This document shows, piece by piece, positions 46,450 through 56,421 of a stretch of 64,000 nucleotides of DNA. The translations under genes and the position numbers were made by a program. Origin of the DNA: Eubacteriales bacterium. GTDB lineage: Bacteria > Bacillota > Clostridia > Oscillospirales > CAG-272. The notes beneath the pieces are model-generated. The model was not told the DNA's origin, searched no databases, and worked only from the letters and a program-made list of their open reading frames with translations. The stretch's first letter is position 1. Every line of letters starts with the position of its first letter. Location of the stretch: the NCBI GenBank assembly GCA_045660295.1, contig JAZRDN010000007.1:5438-69437 (forward strand), in the 5' to 3' direction.

Positions 46450-48711
46450 GTGAGAAATATTATTAATCTTAATGAAAATTGGCTGTTTACAAAAAACACC
46501 TCCGACGTAAGCGTCCGTGACGGTGAAGCAGTAAACCTGCCCCACACATGGAACGCAACCGACGGACAGGACGGCGGAAACGACTACTTCCGCGGCGCTT
46601 GTCTCTACACCAAGACCATAAACAAGGCAGACCTGCCCGAGGCTGACTGCTATTACCTTGAGCTTCGCGGAGCAAACTCCTCCGCCGACGTTTACGTGAA
46701 CGGCGAAAAGCTGGCTCACCACGAGCGCGGTTACTCCACCTGGCGTGTTGACCTTACCGAAAAGCTGACCGACGAGACGGTTATCGCGGTAGTGGTAGAC
46801 AACTCGCCCAATGAGACCGTATATCCCCAGATGGCTGACTTTACCTTCTACGGCGGTCTTTACCGCGGAGTAAACCTTATCGCGGTAAACAAGGCGCACT
46901 TTGACCTTGATTATTACGGCGGAAACGGTCTTAAGATAACCCCCGCTATCGAGGGCAAGGACGCTAAGGTTGAGGTTGAGGTATTCACCACCGAGCTTGC
47001 CGAGGGTCAGAAGCTGGTCTACGCTATTTACGACAAGGACGAAAACGAGCTTCAGAAGATCGAGTCCACCGAGAAAAAGGTTGTATTTGAGATAAAGGAC
47101 GTACATCTCTGGAACGGACGCAAGGACCCCTATCTCTACTGCTGTGAGGTAGAGATCGTTGAAAACGGCGAGGTTCTTGACAACGTTTGCAACCGTTTCG
47201 GCTGCCGCAGCTTCAAGATAGACCCCGACAACGGCTTTATCCTCAACGGCGAGGAATATCCGCTTCGCGGCGTTTCCCGTCATCAGGACAGACTCGGCAT
47301 CGGTAACGCGCTTCTCCCCGAGCATCACGCCGAGGATATCGACCTTATAATGGAGGTCGGCGCTACCACTATCCGTCTGGCTCACTATCAGCACGATCAG
47401 TATTTCTACGACCTTTGCGACGAAAAGGGTCTTGTTATCTGGGCTGAGATCCCCTACATATCCAAGCATATGCCGAACGGTCGTGAGAATACTATCTCCC
47501 AGATGAAGGAGCTTATCACACAGAACTATAACCACGCTTCTATCTGCGTTTGGGGTCTCTCAAACGAAATATCCATAGGCGGCTCTGACGAGGATCTGCT
47601 TGAAAACCACCGCATCCTCAACGACCTCGTTCACGACATGGACAAGACACGTCTGACTACTATCGCGGCTGTTTCCATGTGCAAGATGGACGACCCCTAC
47701 CTGCTTATCCCCGACGTTGTTTCCTACAACCATTACTTCGGCTGGTACGGCGGAGACACCTCTATGAACGGACCTTGGTTTGACAAGTTCCATGAGACTC
47801 ATCCCAATATTCCGATCGGCATCAGCGAATACGGCTGTGAGGCACTTAACTGGCACACCAGCGACCCCAAGCAGGGCGATTACACCGAGGAATATCAGGC
47901 ATTCTACCATGAAGAGCTTATAAAGCAGCTTTTCTCCCGCAAGTACATCTGGGCTACCCACGTATGGAACATGTTTGATTTCGGCGCTGACGCGAGAGCC
48001 GAGGGCGGCGAAAACGGTCAGAACCACAAGGGTCTCGTCACCATGGACAGAAAATACAAGAAGGACGCCTTCTACGCTTACAAGGCATGGCTTTCGGACG
48101 ATCCCTTCGTACACCTTTGCGGCAAGAGATATATTGACCGCGTAGAGGACGTTACCAAGATCACCGTTTACTCCAACCAGCCCGAGGTAGAGCTTTTCGT
48201 AAACGGCGAGAGCATCGGCAAAAAGAGCGCGCCCGATCACTTCTTCTACTTCGACGTTAAGAACGAGGGCGAGACCACCATTGTGGCAAAAGCAGGCGAG
48301 CTTACGGACGAGAGCAAGATCCGCAAGGTTGCCGAGAGAAACATGGACTATGTTCTCAAGGAAGTCGGCGCGGTTCTCAACTGGTTTGACGTGGTTGAGA
48401 TAGAGGGCAGATATTCGCTTAACGACAAGATTTCGGACATCATGAAGTCCAAGCGCGGTAAGCTTTGGTTCATCTCTCTGGGTCTTAAGCTCAAGAAAAA
48501 GATGAACGCGGGCAAGAATGGCGAGAAAAAGTCAGGCGGCTTTGAAGTCAATCTCAAGGATGCCGGCGGCAGCGGACTCATGGATATGATGGGCGGCTTT
48601 ACCGTTCTCCGTCTTTCAAGCATGATGGGCATGATGAACATCAGCTTCACAAAGGAAGAGCTTTTGAAGCTGAACAAGCAGCTCAATCGCATCCGCAAAC
48701 CCAAAAACTAA
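46450..48711 (+). CDS. GH2 glycoside hydrolase (beta-galactosidase/glucuronidase-like)
   Basis: LRGVSRHQD, IRLAHYQH, WGLSNE, ISEYG, WNMFDF. Confidence 0.92.
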   Translation: MRNIINLNENWLFTKNTSDVSVRDGEAVNLPHTWNATDGQDGGNDYFRGACLYTKTINKADLPEADCYYLELRGANSSADVYVNGEKLAHHERGYSTWRVDLTEKLTDETVIAVVVDNSPNETVYPQMADFTFYGGLYRGVNLIAVNKAHFDLDYYGGNGLKITPAIEGKDAKVEVEVFTTELAEGQKLVYAIYDKDENELQKIESTEKKVVFEIKDVHLWNGRKDPYLYCCEVEIVENGEVLDNVCNRFGCRSFKIDPDNGFILNGEEYPLRGVSRHQDRLGIGNALLPEHHAEDIDLIMEVGATTIRLAHYQHDQYFYDLCDEKGLVIWAEIPYISKHMPNGRENTISQMKELITQNYNHASICVWGLSNEISIGGSDEDLLENHRILNDLVHDMDKTRLTTIAAVSMCKMDDPYLLIPDVVSYNHYFGWYGGDTSMNGPWFDKFHETHPNIPIGISEYGCEALNWHTSDPKQGDYTEEYQAFYHEELIKQLFSRKYIWATHVWNMFDFGADARAEGGENGQNHKGLVTMDRKYKKDAFYAYKAWLSDDPFVHLCGKRYIDRVEDVTKITVYSNQPEVELFVNGESIGKKSAPDHFFYFDVKNEGETTIVAKAGELTDESKIRKVAERNMDYVLKEVGAVLNWFDVVEIEGRYSLNDKISDIMKSKRGKLWFISLGLKLKKKMNAGKNGEKKSGGFEVNLKDAGGSGLMDMMGGFTVLRLSSMMGMMNISFTKEELLKLNKQLNRIRKPKN

Positions 48712-48784
48712 GACACTACAAGGCAAACGCCACATACATTCATAGGTAAAGGGGCTGAGTTTTCAACTCAGCCCCTTGTTTTCC

Positions 48785-49155
48785 GCTTTGGCGAAATGGT
48801 CAGCCCCTCGCCGGCGGGGCTGGTCGCTTGCGACCTTGTGAGCGAAGCGGGCGATTTGGTCAGCGGTCCACATTTGTGCGAATATAGCCCTCGTTGCTAT
48901 CAGTCGTGTGCTGAACACACACTCCTTTGCTTTGGGTGCATGTTCATCGGTTCAAAACTAACTTTGTAGAGCGTTTGGGGAGGGGGTCCCCAACGCTTGC
49001 GGAAGCTATTGTTATGGCTACGCACTAAACATTCCATGCAGTTGTCGCAAACTAAGAATAGAGGCACAGAGCTAAACAAATACTCTCCATGCGCCAAAAG
49101 TTTTTGGGGCGCCTTTTTTCAAAAAGGCGCAACCCCCGTACAAAAACTAACTAAT
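48785..49155. repeat. Palindrome-rich intergenic REP-like tract
   Basis: CCTCGCCGGCGGGGCT is shared with 53577-53592; GCGCCAAAAGTTTT and AAAACTAACT are shared with the 4604-5059 element. Confidence 0.55.
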
Positions 49156-49166
49156 GCTTTTCAAAC

Positions 49167-49607
49167 TCAAAACGCAGTCATTAACCAGTAGATGACCCCG
49201 TAGACTGCCCCCGCGAATATTCCGTAAAGAATTACGGGTCCTGCCACTGTAAAAAGCTTTGCGCCCACACCGAGAACAGTTCCCTCTCCGCGGCTGTCTA
49301 TTGCGGGAGACGCTACCGCGTTGGCAAATCCTGTTATGGGAACGAGAGTTCCCGCCCCCGCGTACTTAGCTATCTTGTCAAAGACTCCCAGACCTGTCAG
49401 AAGCACCGCCACAAAAACAAGGGTAACCGAGGTCAGCGTTCCCGCGTCCTCTTCTCCCATATTAAGGTAGGTCATATACAGGCTTTTCAGACCCTCAGCC
49501 GCGCAGCATATCGCTCCGCCCACAAGAAATGCCCACACGCAGTCCTTGGCAAGCGGGGATTTAGGCGCGCGCGCCTCGGTATATTTTTTATATGTTTTCT
49601 TATCCAT
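49167..49607 (-). CDS. spoVAC: Stage V sporulation protein AC
   Basis: AFLVGGAIC, GAGTLVPITGFAN, AGPVI. Confidence 0.9.
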   Translation of the reverse strand: MDKKTYKKYTEARAPKSPLAKDCVWAFLVGGAICCAAEGLKSLYMTYLNMGEEDAGTLTSVTLVFVAVLLTGLGVFDKIAKYAGAGTLVPITGFANAVASPAIDSRGEGTVLGVGAKLFTVAGPVILYGIFAGAVYGVIYWLMTAF

Positions 49608-49665
49608 TTTCGCTCTCCTTTGTTTTGCGCCATGGGAGACGGGCTTTGCCCGTCTCCCACTCAAT

Positions 49666-49935
49666 TTAAGCGTTTACCGTCTGACCGTAGGTCTGCTTTG
49701 CCTCGCTTATCTTCTTTTCCTCTGCCGAGGGAGTGGGATAAAGTCCCTTTGTGTGCATGATGTTGAAAATATTCTGCTGAAGCTCGTGCTCCTCCTCAAG
49801 AATATTGTGGAAGCAGGACTTCACCTCGGGTGTCGCGCTCTCAAGAAGCGCGGTGTTGTAGTTCGCCGTGGTGAACTTCTGCGTGCAGAGCAGGTCCTTG
49901 AGGATATCCTTATCACTGAAATTTGCCTGTGTCAT
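49666..49935 (-). CDS. Spore coat protein (Coat F domain)
   Basis: DKDILKDLL...YNTALLESATPEVK...MHTKGLYP. Confidence 0.8.
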   Translation of the reverse strand: MTQANFSDKDILKDLLCTQKFTTANYNTALLESATPEVKSCFHNILEEEHELQQNIFNIMHTKGLYPTPSAEEKKISEAKQTYGQTVNA

Positions 49936-49947
49936 TACTCTATCTCC

Positions 49948-50133
49948 TTATTTAAGATTCGCGAAAAGCGTGTCGTAGTGCTTCCGGTGCGTCTGCGCCG
50001 CCTGCAGGAAGCAGTTTTTCATCTCGGCGTCCTCGGTTATCGACGCGTAAAAGCGGTATTTCGCGACGAGGTTTTCCTCCTCGCCAAGTCTGTCCTTGAT
50101 ATTGCCAAGCTCTTTTTCGGTTATCTGTGCCAT
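49948..50133 (-). CDS. Small spore-coat-associated protein
   Basis: MAQITEKEL...EENLVAKY...HRKHYDTL, the type usually found upstream of Coat F genes. Confidence 0.7.
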   Translation of the reverse strand: MAQITEKELGNIKDRLGEEENLVAKYRFYASITEDAEMKNCFLQAAQTHRKHYDTLFANLK

Positions 50134-50151
50134 GTTACACCTCTGTTTTTT

Positions 50152-50312
50152 GGTAATCTCTAAAAACTCGCGCGAGACGAGCGGCGAGTGAGTTTTTTCG
50201 TCAGTCTAAACAAAAATTCGTGCGTATAGTTGACCCTATACGAAGAATTTTTGTGACGAATGACGTAAAAAGCACCGCCGATTCGTCCGCCGTCGAGTTT
50301 TTAGAGGTTGCC
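50152..50312. mobile_element. 161-bp miniature inverted-repeat element
   Basis: GGTAATCTCTAAAAACTCG pairs with CGAGTTTTTAGAGGTTGCC at 17/19. Confidence 0.65.
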
Positions 50313-50317
50313 TTTAA

Positions 50318-50767
50318 TTACAAATACGCCTTCATTCGCTCGGCGGTGTCCTCCTCAAAGGCTATCACCTTTTTGGCAAGCCCTTCCGCGCGTCCGTAGT
50401 CCTTGTTGTCGTTAAGGCGTTTTTGCAGGTCGGTTATGCCCATAACGCAACCCTCGATTATCATCTGTGCGATGTGGGACGACGTCTTGTCTATAACGGT
50501 GTTCATGGTTATTCCCATTTTTGCCATCAGTCTTGAAAACATGCCTTCTTCCTCGGGCGCTTCCCCCATTTCGCCAAGCGTTTTTCTCGCCTCGGCGGCA
50601 AATTCCTCGTAGCGTGAAAGCTCAAGCGAAAGCTCACTTTCAAGCTCCTTGTCGGTAACACGCGGAAGAAGATTCAATATGGCGTCCGCGCCCATTTTCG
50701 CGTTCCTGTAAATGTCGCAAAAAAGCGACGCCTCGGCGCTCCTTTCGGCAACTGCGTTTTTTGACAT
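50318..50767 (-). CDS. Ferritin-like four-helix hypothetical protein (probably sporulation-related)
   Basis: YRNAKMG...SHIAQMIIEG..MG...FEE helical pattern; located in a spore gene cluster. Confidence 0.6.
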   Translation of the reverse strand: MSKNAVAERSAEASLFCDIYRNAKMGADAILNLLPRVTDKELESELSLELSRYEEFAAEARKTLGEMGEAPEEEGMFSRLMAKMGITMNTVIDKTSSHIAQMIIEGCVMGITDLQKRLNDNKDYGRAEGLAKKVIAFEEDTAERMKAYL

Positions 50768-50886
50768 TTTTTCACCTCCTGTCTTTTTTATTATTAACGA
50801 AAATTTCGGTTTTATGAAGTGAAATTTCTTGACATAAGGCAAAATAAATGTTATCATATATGTAGAACTTTTTAAGGAGCCAAAAA

Positions 50887-51330
50887 ATGAGAATTAACGT
50901 AAAAATTAAAAAAATCAATGAAAACGCGGTTATTCCCACCTACGGTTCGGAATTTTCGGCAGGCGCTGACCTCTATTACGCCGGCGACGAGCCGCTTGTC
51001 ATAGAGGCGCACAAAACCACGCTTGTTCACACGGGTATCGCTATGGAGATTCCCGAGGGGCTTGTGGGACTTGTGTTCGCACGCAGCGGACTTGCCGCAA
51101 AGCGCTCGCTTGCGCCAGCCAACAAGGTGGGTGTTATCGACTCGGATTACAGAGGCGAGATAATGGTGGCGCTTCACAACCATTCAAACGAGGCTCAGTC
51201 TATTGAAGCGGGTGAGCGCGTGGCACAGCTTGTTCTCGTGCCCTATATCTCCGCCGCATTTGAGGAAGTCGCCGAGCTTGACGAGACTGCGCGCGGTGCG
51301 GGCGGCTTCGGCTCGACGGGCACCAAATGA
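50887..51330 (+). CDS. dut: dUTP diphosphatase
   Basis: AGADL, ARSGLA, GVIDSDYRGE, RGAGGFGSTG. Confidence 0.96.
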   Translation: MRINVKIKKINENAVIPTYGSEFSAGADLYYAGDEPLVIEAHKTTLVHTGIAMEIPEGLVGLVFARSGLAAKRSLAPANKVGVIDSDYRGEIMVALHNHSNEAQSIEAGERVAQLVLVPYISAAFEEVAELDETARGAGGFGSTGTK

Positions 51331-51381
51331 TTTTTTGAAAAGCTTTGAAAAATTCAAAAAATAATGTTTAGGGAGAAAACT

Positions 51382-53466
51382 ATGGAAAAACTTATTGCTC
51401 TTTTGCTGGCAATGCTGACGCTTCTTTCCTGCGCGGCATGCGGCGGAACCGCGGACACCACGGTGGGCGGAAATGAAACAGAACCCTCTGTAAACGATCC
51501 CACGGTGACAGACGCGCCCGAGACCGAGGACCCCTACGACATCCCCACAGACATTGAAGAAACCGACGAGAGAGAGTACATCTTTAAATACACCTTTGAT
51601 AACGTAACTTCGATGAACGATGAGTCTCCCGAGGGCTTTGAGATTACCACTTTCAACAGCCTCCCCTATGAGCTTGTAGCGGGTGAAAACGGCTACATAA
51701 AGAACGTCAAGGACGACGGCTACGTTTTTATCGAGGACAAGAGCTTTGTTCTCAACGGCAAGAGCTTCATTTTCGAGGCGGAGATGACCTTCACCTCTAT
51801 GCCAGTTGAGCGCGAGTCAAACAAGGGCAAGGGAAGCTATCCCCTTTCTATCCTTTCTTGGATAAGAAAGAATGACGAATATCAGCATTACGACTTTGCC
51901 TTTAAGATGGACGGCGACGGATACGTTTACACCACAAGCACAACTCAGCACACGGGCGTAAAGCTTGAGGTGGGTCAGAAATACGTCATAAGCGCATACT
52001 ACACCGCCGACGGACAGGTAAAGCTTCTCATAAACGGCAAGCAGGTAGCGGCAAAGAGCTTTACTCCCCGTGATAACCTGACCTCGTCCATACTTCGTCT
52101 GATGGATGGCTCGAGAGCGCATTTCGGCGTTGAGATACATAGCGCCTGCGCTTATTATTCGGATATGTCCCAGTTCCTGCCCGACGCTACTCGCTCGCTT
52201 TCCGAGGCGACAAGCAACGTCTCAAGCGGCGTTTACTTCGAAGGCTACACCGACAAGGACGCGCTTTCCTACGCAGTTGGAGAGGACATCAACCTTGAGG
52301 TCTACCTCATGGCAAACGGCGAGGTCGTTTCGGTTCCATATTTCTATTACACAATAGAGGGTGAGGACGGCAAGCAGATATCCGACGGATACGCCGACGG
52401 CTCCAAGGGTCATTTCACCGTGACCACAAAAATGAGCAAACCCGGCCACGCACTTGTAGCTGTATATATGTGCGACAGCAACAAAAACAAGATAAACACA
52501 GGCGTAGTATTCCGTGGCGGAGCTATGGCAGGCGTTGAGCAGATACTCCCCGGCGCGCCCGCACCCGCTGACCTTGAGCAATACTGGAGCAAGGTCTACG
52601 ACGAGTGCTACAAGGGAGACATAAACCTCGTTCGCTTTGAGGAGGTTCCCACTACCAAGTACAACTACGACACAAACAAATACAAGGCTTATCTTTTCGA
52701 GATAGGCTACGGCGACGGCAAGATCTCCACGGGATACCTGACCTATCCTCTTAACAAGGACTCGCTCAATCTCCGCGTAACCTTCAGAGGCTACGGTGCG
52801 ACAAGAGGTGCAGAGCCCAGATTCAACGAGAGCGCGGTAACGGTTGAAATGGCGCCCCACGGCTTCAGACTGGACGACCCCAACCCCGATTATCCTCCGT
52901 CAGATTACGGCTTTGACCCTGTTGAGAACCAAAATCCCGACACAGTTTACTTCCACGGAATGGTAACCAGAAACCTGCTTGGCGCGCGCTTTCTTAAGGC
53001 TTTCGCAGGCGGCAAGGAGTTCGGAAATATATACCTTAACGGCAAAAAAATAGAACCCCTCGGGGTTTGGAAGAAGGGCGATTCTTTCCTTTCCACAGGC
53101 GGAAGCCAGGGCGGATTCCAGGCAATAGCGCTTGGCGCGCTTGACGACGACGTTACCGAGATAAGCATGGGACTTCCTTGGTTCTGCGACATAGGCGGTC
53201 AAAATATAGGACGCTTCCCCGGCGATCTTAAGCCCGCTTACACCAACGCGCTTATGTACTACGACTGCTGCTCGTTTGCCACCCTTGTTGACGAGGACGT
53301 CCAGGTAACTCTTTCGGCAGGATTGGGAGACAACACCTGTCCTCCCTCGGGCATACTCGCGGTGTACAACGCGCTCAACTGCCAAAAGTCCATCTCGGTC
53401 TCTCAGAACTTAGGTCATTCTTACACTCCCCAGTCAACCACTGCGTACAGACTCAGAAATCACTGA
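51382..53466 (+). CDS. Lipoprotein with a C-terminal CE7-like acetylxylan esterase domain
   Basis: LSCAAC lipobox, GGSQGG nucleophile elbow, GLGDNTCPP, GHS. Confidence 0.8.
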   Translation: MEKLIALLLAMLTLLSCAACGGTADTTVGGNETEPSVNDPTVTDAPETEDPYDIPTDIEETDEREYIFKYTFDNVTSMNDESPEGFEITTFNSLPYELVAGENGYIKNVKDDGYVFIEDKSFVLNGKSFIFEAEMTFTSMPVERESNKGKGSYPLSILSWIRKNDEYQHYDFAFKMDGDGYVYTTSTTQHTGVKLEVGQKYVISAYYTADGQVKLLINGKQVAAKSFTPRDNLTSSILRLMDGSRAHFGVEIHSACAYYSDMSQFLPDATRSLSEATSNVSSGVYFEGYTDKDALSYAVGEDINLEVYLMANGEVVSVPYFYYTIEGEDGKQISDGYADGSKGHFTVTTKMSKPGHALVAVYMCDSNKNKINTGVVFRGGAMAGVEQILPGAPAPADLEQYWSKVYDECYKGDINLVRFEEVPTTKYNYDTNKYKAYLFEIGYGDGKISTGYLTYPLNKDSLNLRVTFRGYGATRGAEPRFNESAVTVEMAPHGFRLDDPNPDYPPSDYGFDPVENQNPDTVYFHGMVTRNLLGARFLKAFAGGKEFGNIYLNGKKIEPLGVWKKGDSFLSTGGSQGGFQAIALGALDDDVTEISMGLPWFCDIGGQNIGRFPGDLKPAYTNALMYYDCCSFATLVDEDVQVTLSAGLGDNTCPPSGILAVYNALNCQKSISVSQNLGHSYTPQSTTAYRLRNH

Positions 53467-53574
53467 TTTTCGGTCAACGTAAAATGTAATAGTTAATAAA
53501 AGTGCTGAGTCATTAAGACTCAGCACTTTTTAGTTTTAATGGAGTATTTTTTGTGAGCTAAATTATTGTTTACC

Positions 53575-53735
53575 GCCTCGCCGGCGGGGCTTGTTCATTT
53601 CTTGTCATGCGACAAGAAACGAACCAAATGAAACATGCCAAAAAATCGTTTTGCGGTTGAACACCGCAAATTTGCTCCGCAAACCCGATTTTTAGGCGCA
53701 AGAGAGGGCGTTGCGCTTAAAGAGCAAACAAATAA
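53575..53735. repeat. REP-like palindromic element
   Basis: CCTCGCCGGCGGGGCT followed by the TTTCTTGTC-ATGC-GACAAGAAA hairpin. Confidence 0.55.
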
Positions 53736-53745
53736 GTAGCCATAA

Positions 53746-54732
53746 TTACAGCAAGTTCGCGCGAAGCTCCGCACCCGACTTGGGGCTGAGATACGCGGGG
53801 GGAATGTCAAAGACTGTCTTGCAGCCCCTTGCGCCCTCTCTGTTCATTCTTACCGCCGCTCGGGCGCACGCCACGATTACCGATGCGGTGAACTCGGGGT
53901 TGGAGTCGAGCTTAAGGCTGTATTCGATAATGTGATTGTGCTCAAGCTTTTCGCCTGTCTTTCCGCTCCTTATGACGAAGCCGCCGTGTGGAATACCGCT
54001 ATGGTCTCTCTTAAGCTCCTCGGCGGAGATGAAATGCACCGTGGTGTCGTAGTCGGCAAAATAGTTGGGCATGGTCTTTATTTCGTTCTCAATTCTCGCC
54101 TTGTCAGCGCCCTCTTTCGTTACCACAAAGCACTCGCGTGTGTGCTTCTGGCGTGTGGTAAGCTCGGGATTGCTTCCGCTTCTTACCGCGTCAAGCGCCT
54201 CGGGAACGGGAATGGTGTACTGCTTTGCGTCCTCAACGCCCTCGATACGTCTTATGGCGTCCGAGTGACCCTGACTTACGCCCTTGCCCCAGAAGGTATA
54301 GGCGTTACCGTCGGGAAGAATTGCCTCGGCGTAGAGTCTGTTAAGCGAGAACATACCGGGGTCCCAGCCGCAGGAGATAACGGCAACCTTGCCAGCGCCC
54401 GAAGCGGCGGCATCCACGTTATCAAAATGCTCGGGGATACGCGCGTGAGTGTCAAAGCTGTCTATAACGTTGAAATGCTTTGCAAGCTCAGGGGTCTGTG
54501 TGGGCAGGTCGGTAGCGCTTCCGCCGCAGATAATAAGGCAGTCGATGCTATCCTTAAATTCCGTAACGCGGTCGGCACCATAGACGGGAACGCCCGCGGT
54601 ATTTATCTTAAGTGTTTCGGGGGAGCGGCGGGTAAACACCGCCACAAGCTCCATATCCTTGTTTTGCTTGATTGCGGATTCAACTCCTCTGCCGAGGTTT
54701 CCGTAACCGAAAATTGCTATTTTTGTGCTCAT
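53746..54732 (-). CDS. ddh: meso-Diaminopimelate D-dehydrogenase
   Basis: IAIFGYGNLG, DSFDTHA, GWDPG, FWGKGVSQGHS. Confidence 0.95.
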   Translation of the reverse strand: MSTKIAIFGYGNLGRGVESAIKQNKDMELVAVFTRRSPETLKINTAGVPVYGADRVTEFKDSIDCLIICGGSATDLPTQTPELAKHFNVIDSFDTHARIPEHFDNVDAAASGAGKVAVISCGWDPGMFSLNRLYAEAILPDGNAYTFWGKGVSQGHSDAIRRIEGVEDAKQYTIPVPEALDAVRSGSNPELTTRQKHTRECFVVTKEGADKARIENEIKTMPNYFADYDTTVHFISAEELKRDHSGIPHGGFVIRSGKTGEKLEHNHIIEYSLKLDSNPEFTASVIVACARAAVRMNREGARGCKTVFDIPPAYLSPKSGAELRANLL

Positions 54733-54950
54733 GGGTAATCCTTTCTTATTGATTTCACACTGAGTTTTCATTCATAATTTTTTACAATTGATTATAACAC
54801 ATAATGCAATCCGTGTCAATAAAAATTCTTTACTTTTTGCGGTCGTAAGGCGTGTAAAAAAACTAAAAAACGTTCGAAAGCCTGCCTGTTTGAATAACCC
54901 CTGTTTTTTTCGTGAACAATAATGTAAAAGTGTAAAAAGAGGTGCTGAAT

Positions 54951-55634
54951 ATGAGCGAAAACAAACAGGAACGCCCGATGGGAGAGGAAAAGGACGGCAG
55001 TGTAGTCGTAAAAAACTCCAAGGGCTCTATCCACTGCATGTCGATAATCGGACAGATCGAGGGGCATTACATCTCGCCCGAAACCCAAAAGACAACAAAG
55101 TACGAGCACATCATTCCGCTTTTAGCCGCCATTGAGGAAAGTGAGGAGATAGACGGGCTTCTCGTCATGCTCAACACTATGGGCGGAGACGTCGAGGCAG
55201 GGCTTGCCATTGCCGAGATGATAGCCTCGATGTCAAAGCCAACAGTGTCTATCGTCCTCGGCGGCGGACATTCCATAGGCGTGCCCTTGGCGGTGGCGGC
55301 GAAAAAGTCCTTTATCGTGCCGTCGGCGACCATGACGGTGCATCCCGTCCGCTTCAACGGGCTGGTAATCGGCGTGCGCCAAAGCTTTGAGTATATGCGC
55401 GAGGTGCAGGCGCGCATCTGCGACTTTATCTGCCGACATTCGAAAATAAGCGCCGACAGGCTTGAGGACCTTATGACCAACACCGACTCCATGGCAAACG
55501 ACGTGGGTACGATAATAGGCGGCAACGATGCGGTGGAGTGCGGACTTGTGGACAGCGTGGGCGGTCTTTCGGACGCTGTTTCGTCCTTGCGAAGCATGAT
55601 AGAAGCCTCCAAAGGGCAAAAACACCCCACGTAA
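54951..55634 (+). CDS. tepA: ClpP-like translocation-enhancing protein TepA
   Basis: TTKYEHIIP, LNTMGGDVEAGLAIAE, GGGHSIGVP, VHPVR. Confidence 0.88.
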   Translation: MSENKQERPMGEEKDGSVVVKNSKGSIHCMSIIGQIEGHYISPETQKTTKYEHIIPLLAAIEESEEIDGLLVMLNTMGGDVEAGLAIAEMIASMSKPTVSIVLGGGHSIGVPLAVAAKKSFIVPSATMTVHPVRFNGLVIGVRQSFEYMREVQARICDFICRHSKISADRLEDLMTNTDSMANDVGTIIGGNDAVECGLVDSVGGLSDAVSSLRSMIEASKGQKHPT

Positions 55635-55784
55635 TAACAGGCGGCGGATAAACACCGTCGCCTTTGTTTTTTGTGCATATGAGAATATTAGTCAAAAGGT
55701 CAACAGATCTTCTGTATTTTATATATAAAAAGAGCCGCACCTTTCCTCAAATCGCTTTATTTTCGGGATTTTTCAAATTACCGC

Positions 55785-55813
55785 TTGACAAATCACAGAA
55801 GATGTGATAAAAT
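55785..55813 (+). promoter_or_regulatory. SigA promoter upstream of the tRNA-Pro locus
   Basis: TTGACA-17-TAAAAT with an extended TG. Confidence 0.75.
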
Positions 55814-55839
55814 ATCTTGGTATGAAAAACAGTAAATTC

Positions 55840-55997
55840 ATCGGGGTGTGGCACAGTTTGGAGCCGTTTGCGAGCGCCGCCATACGGTGGATACAGCGAG
55901 CAATAAGGCGTGGCAGCAACTTGGCGATTGACAAGCAAACCACGGCTTGCGCCGTCAGAGCCTTAGTTGCAACAGGGATGTAAGCATGGTTCGGGAC
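55840..55997 (+). pseudogene. Interrupted partial duplicate of tRNA-Pro
   Basis: 55840-55861 equals 56051-56072 (22 bp) and 55984-55997 equals 56079-56092 (14 bp). The two blocks are separated by 122 unrelated nt. Confidence 0.75.
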
Positions 55998-56052
55998 ACT
56001 CGTAACAAAACGTTTATAATAACAAAACATTTGTAAAATATAATACAATAAT

Positions 56053-56129
56053 CGGGGTGTGGCACAGTTTGGTAGTGCGCATGGTTCGGGACCATGAGGC
56101 CGCAGGTTCGAATCCTGTCACTCCGACCA
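56053..56129 (+). tRNA. tRNA-Pro(CGG)
   Basis: CGGGGTG/CACTCCG acceptor stem, CATGG-TT-CGG-GA-CCATG anticodon arm, GTTCGAATC, CCA. Confidence 0.97.
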
Positions 56130-56421
56130 AATAAGCACCGTAATTATGATACGAAACCGTATCGTAAAAGCGGTGCTTATTTTTTATCGGCAAGCCTTGA
56201 TTTATAAGGTTTTTCTTGTTTTGGGGCGCGAGATAAGTGTCCGTATCAAAATTATAAGTTTTCTTTCTACTGAATTTTTGAGGACTTAAACTATCAAAGT
56301 CCACATTTGATTATTGATTCTGACACTTAACAAAAGATAAGTGTCAGAGTGTGAAACGGCTTGAAAATTCGTAGAAGTTATGATATAATTATTACATCAA
56401 CATCGAATCGAGGTGAGCATT

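Noticed and set aside
55862-55983. Group I intron in tRNA-Pro
   Set aside because: Only 122 nt, no recognisable P7/catalytic core, not in the anticodon loop, and the flanking copy lacks the T arm and 3' acceptor strand.
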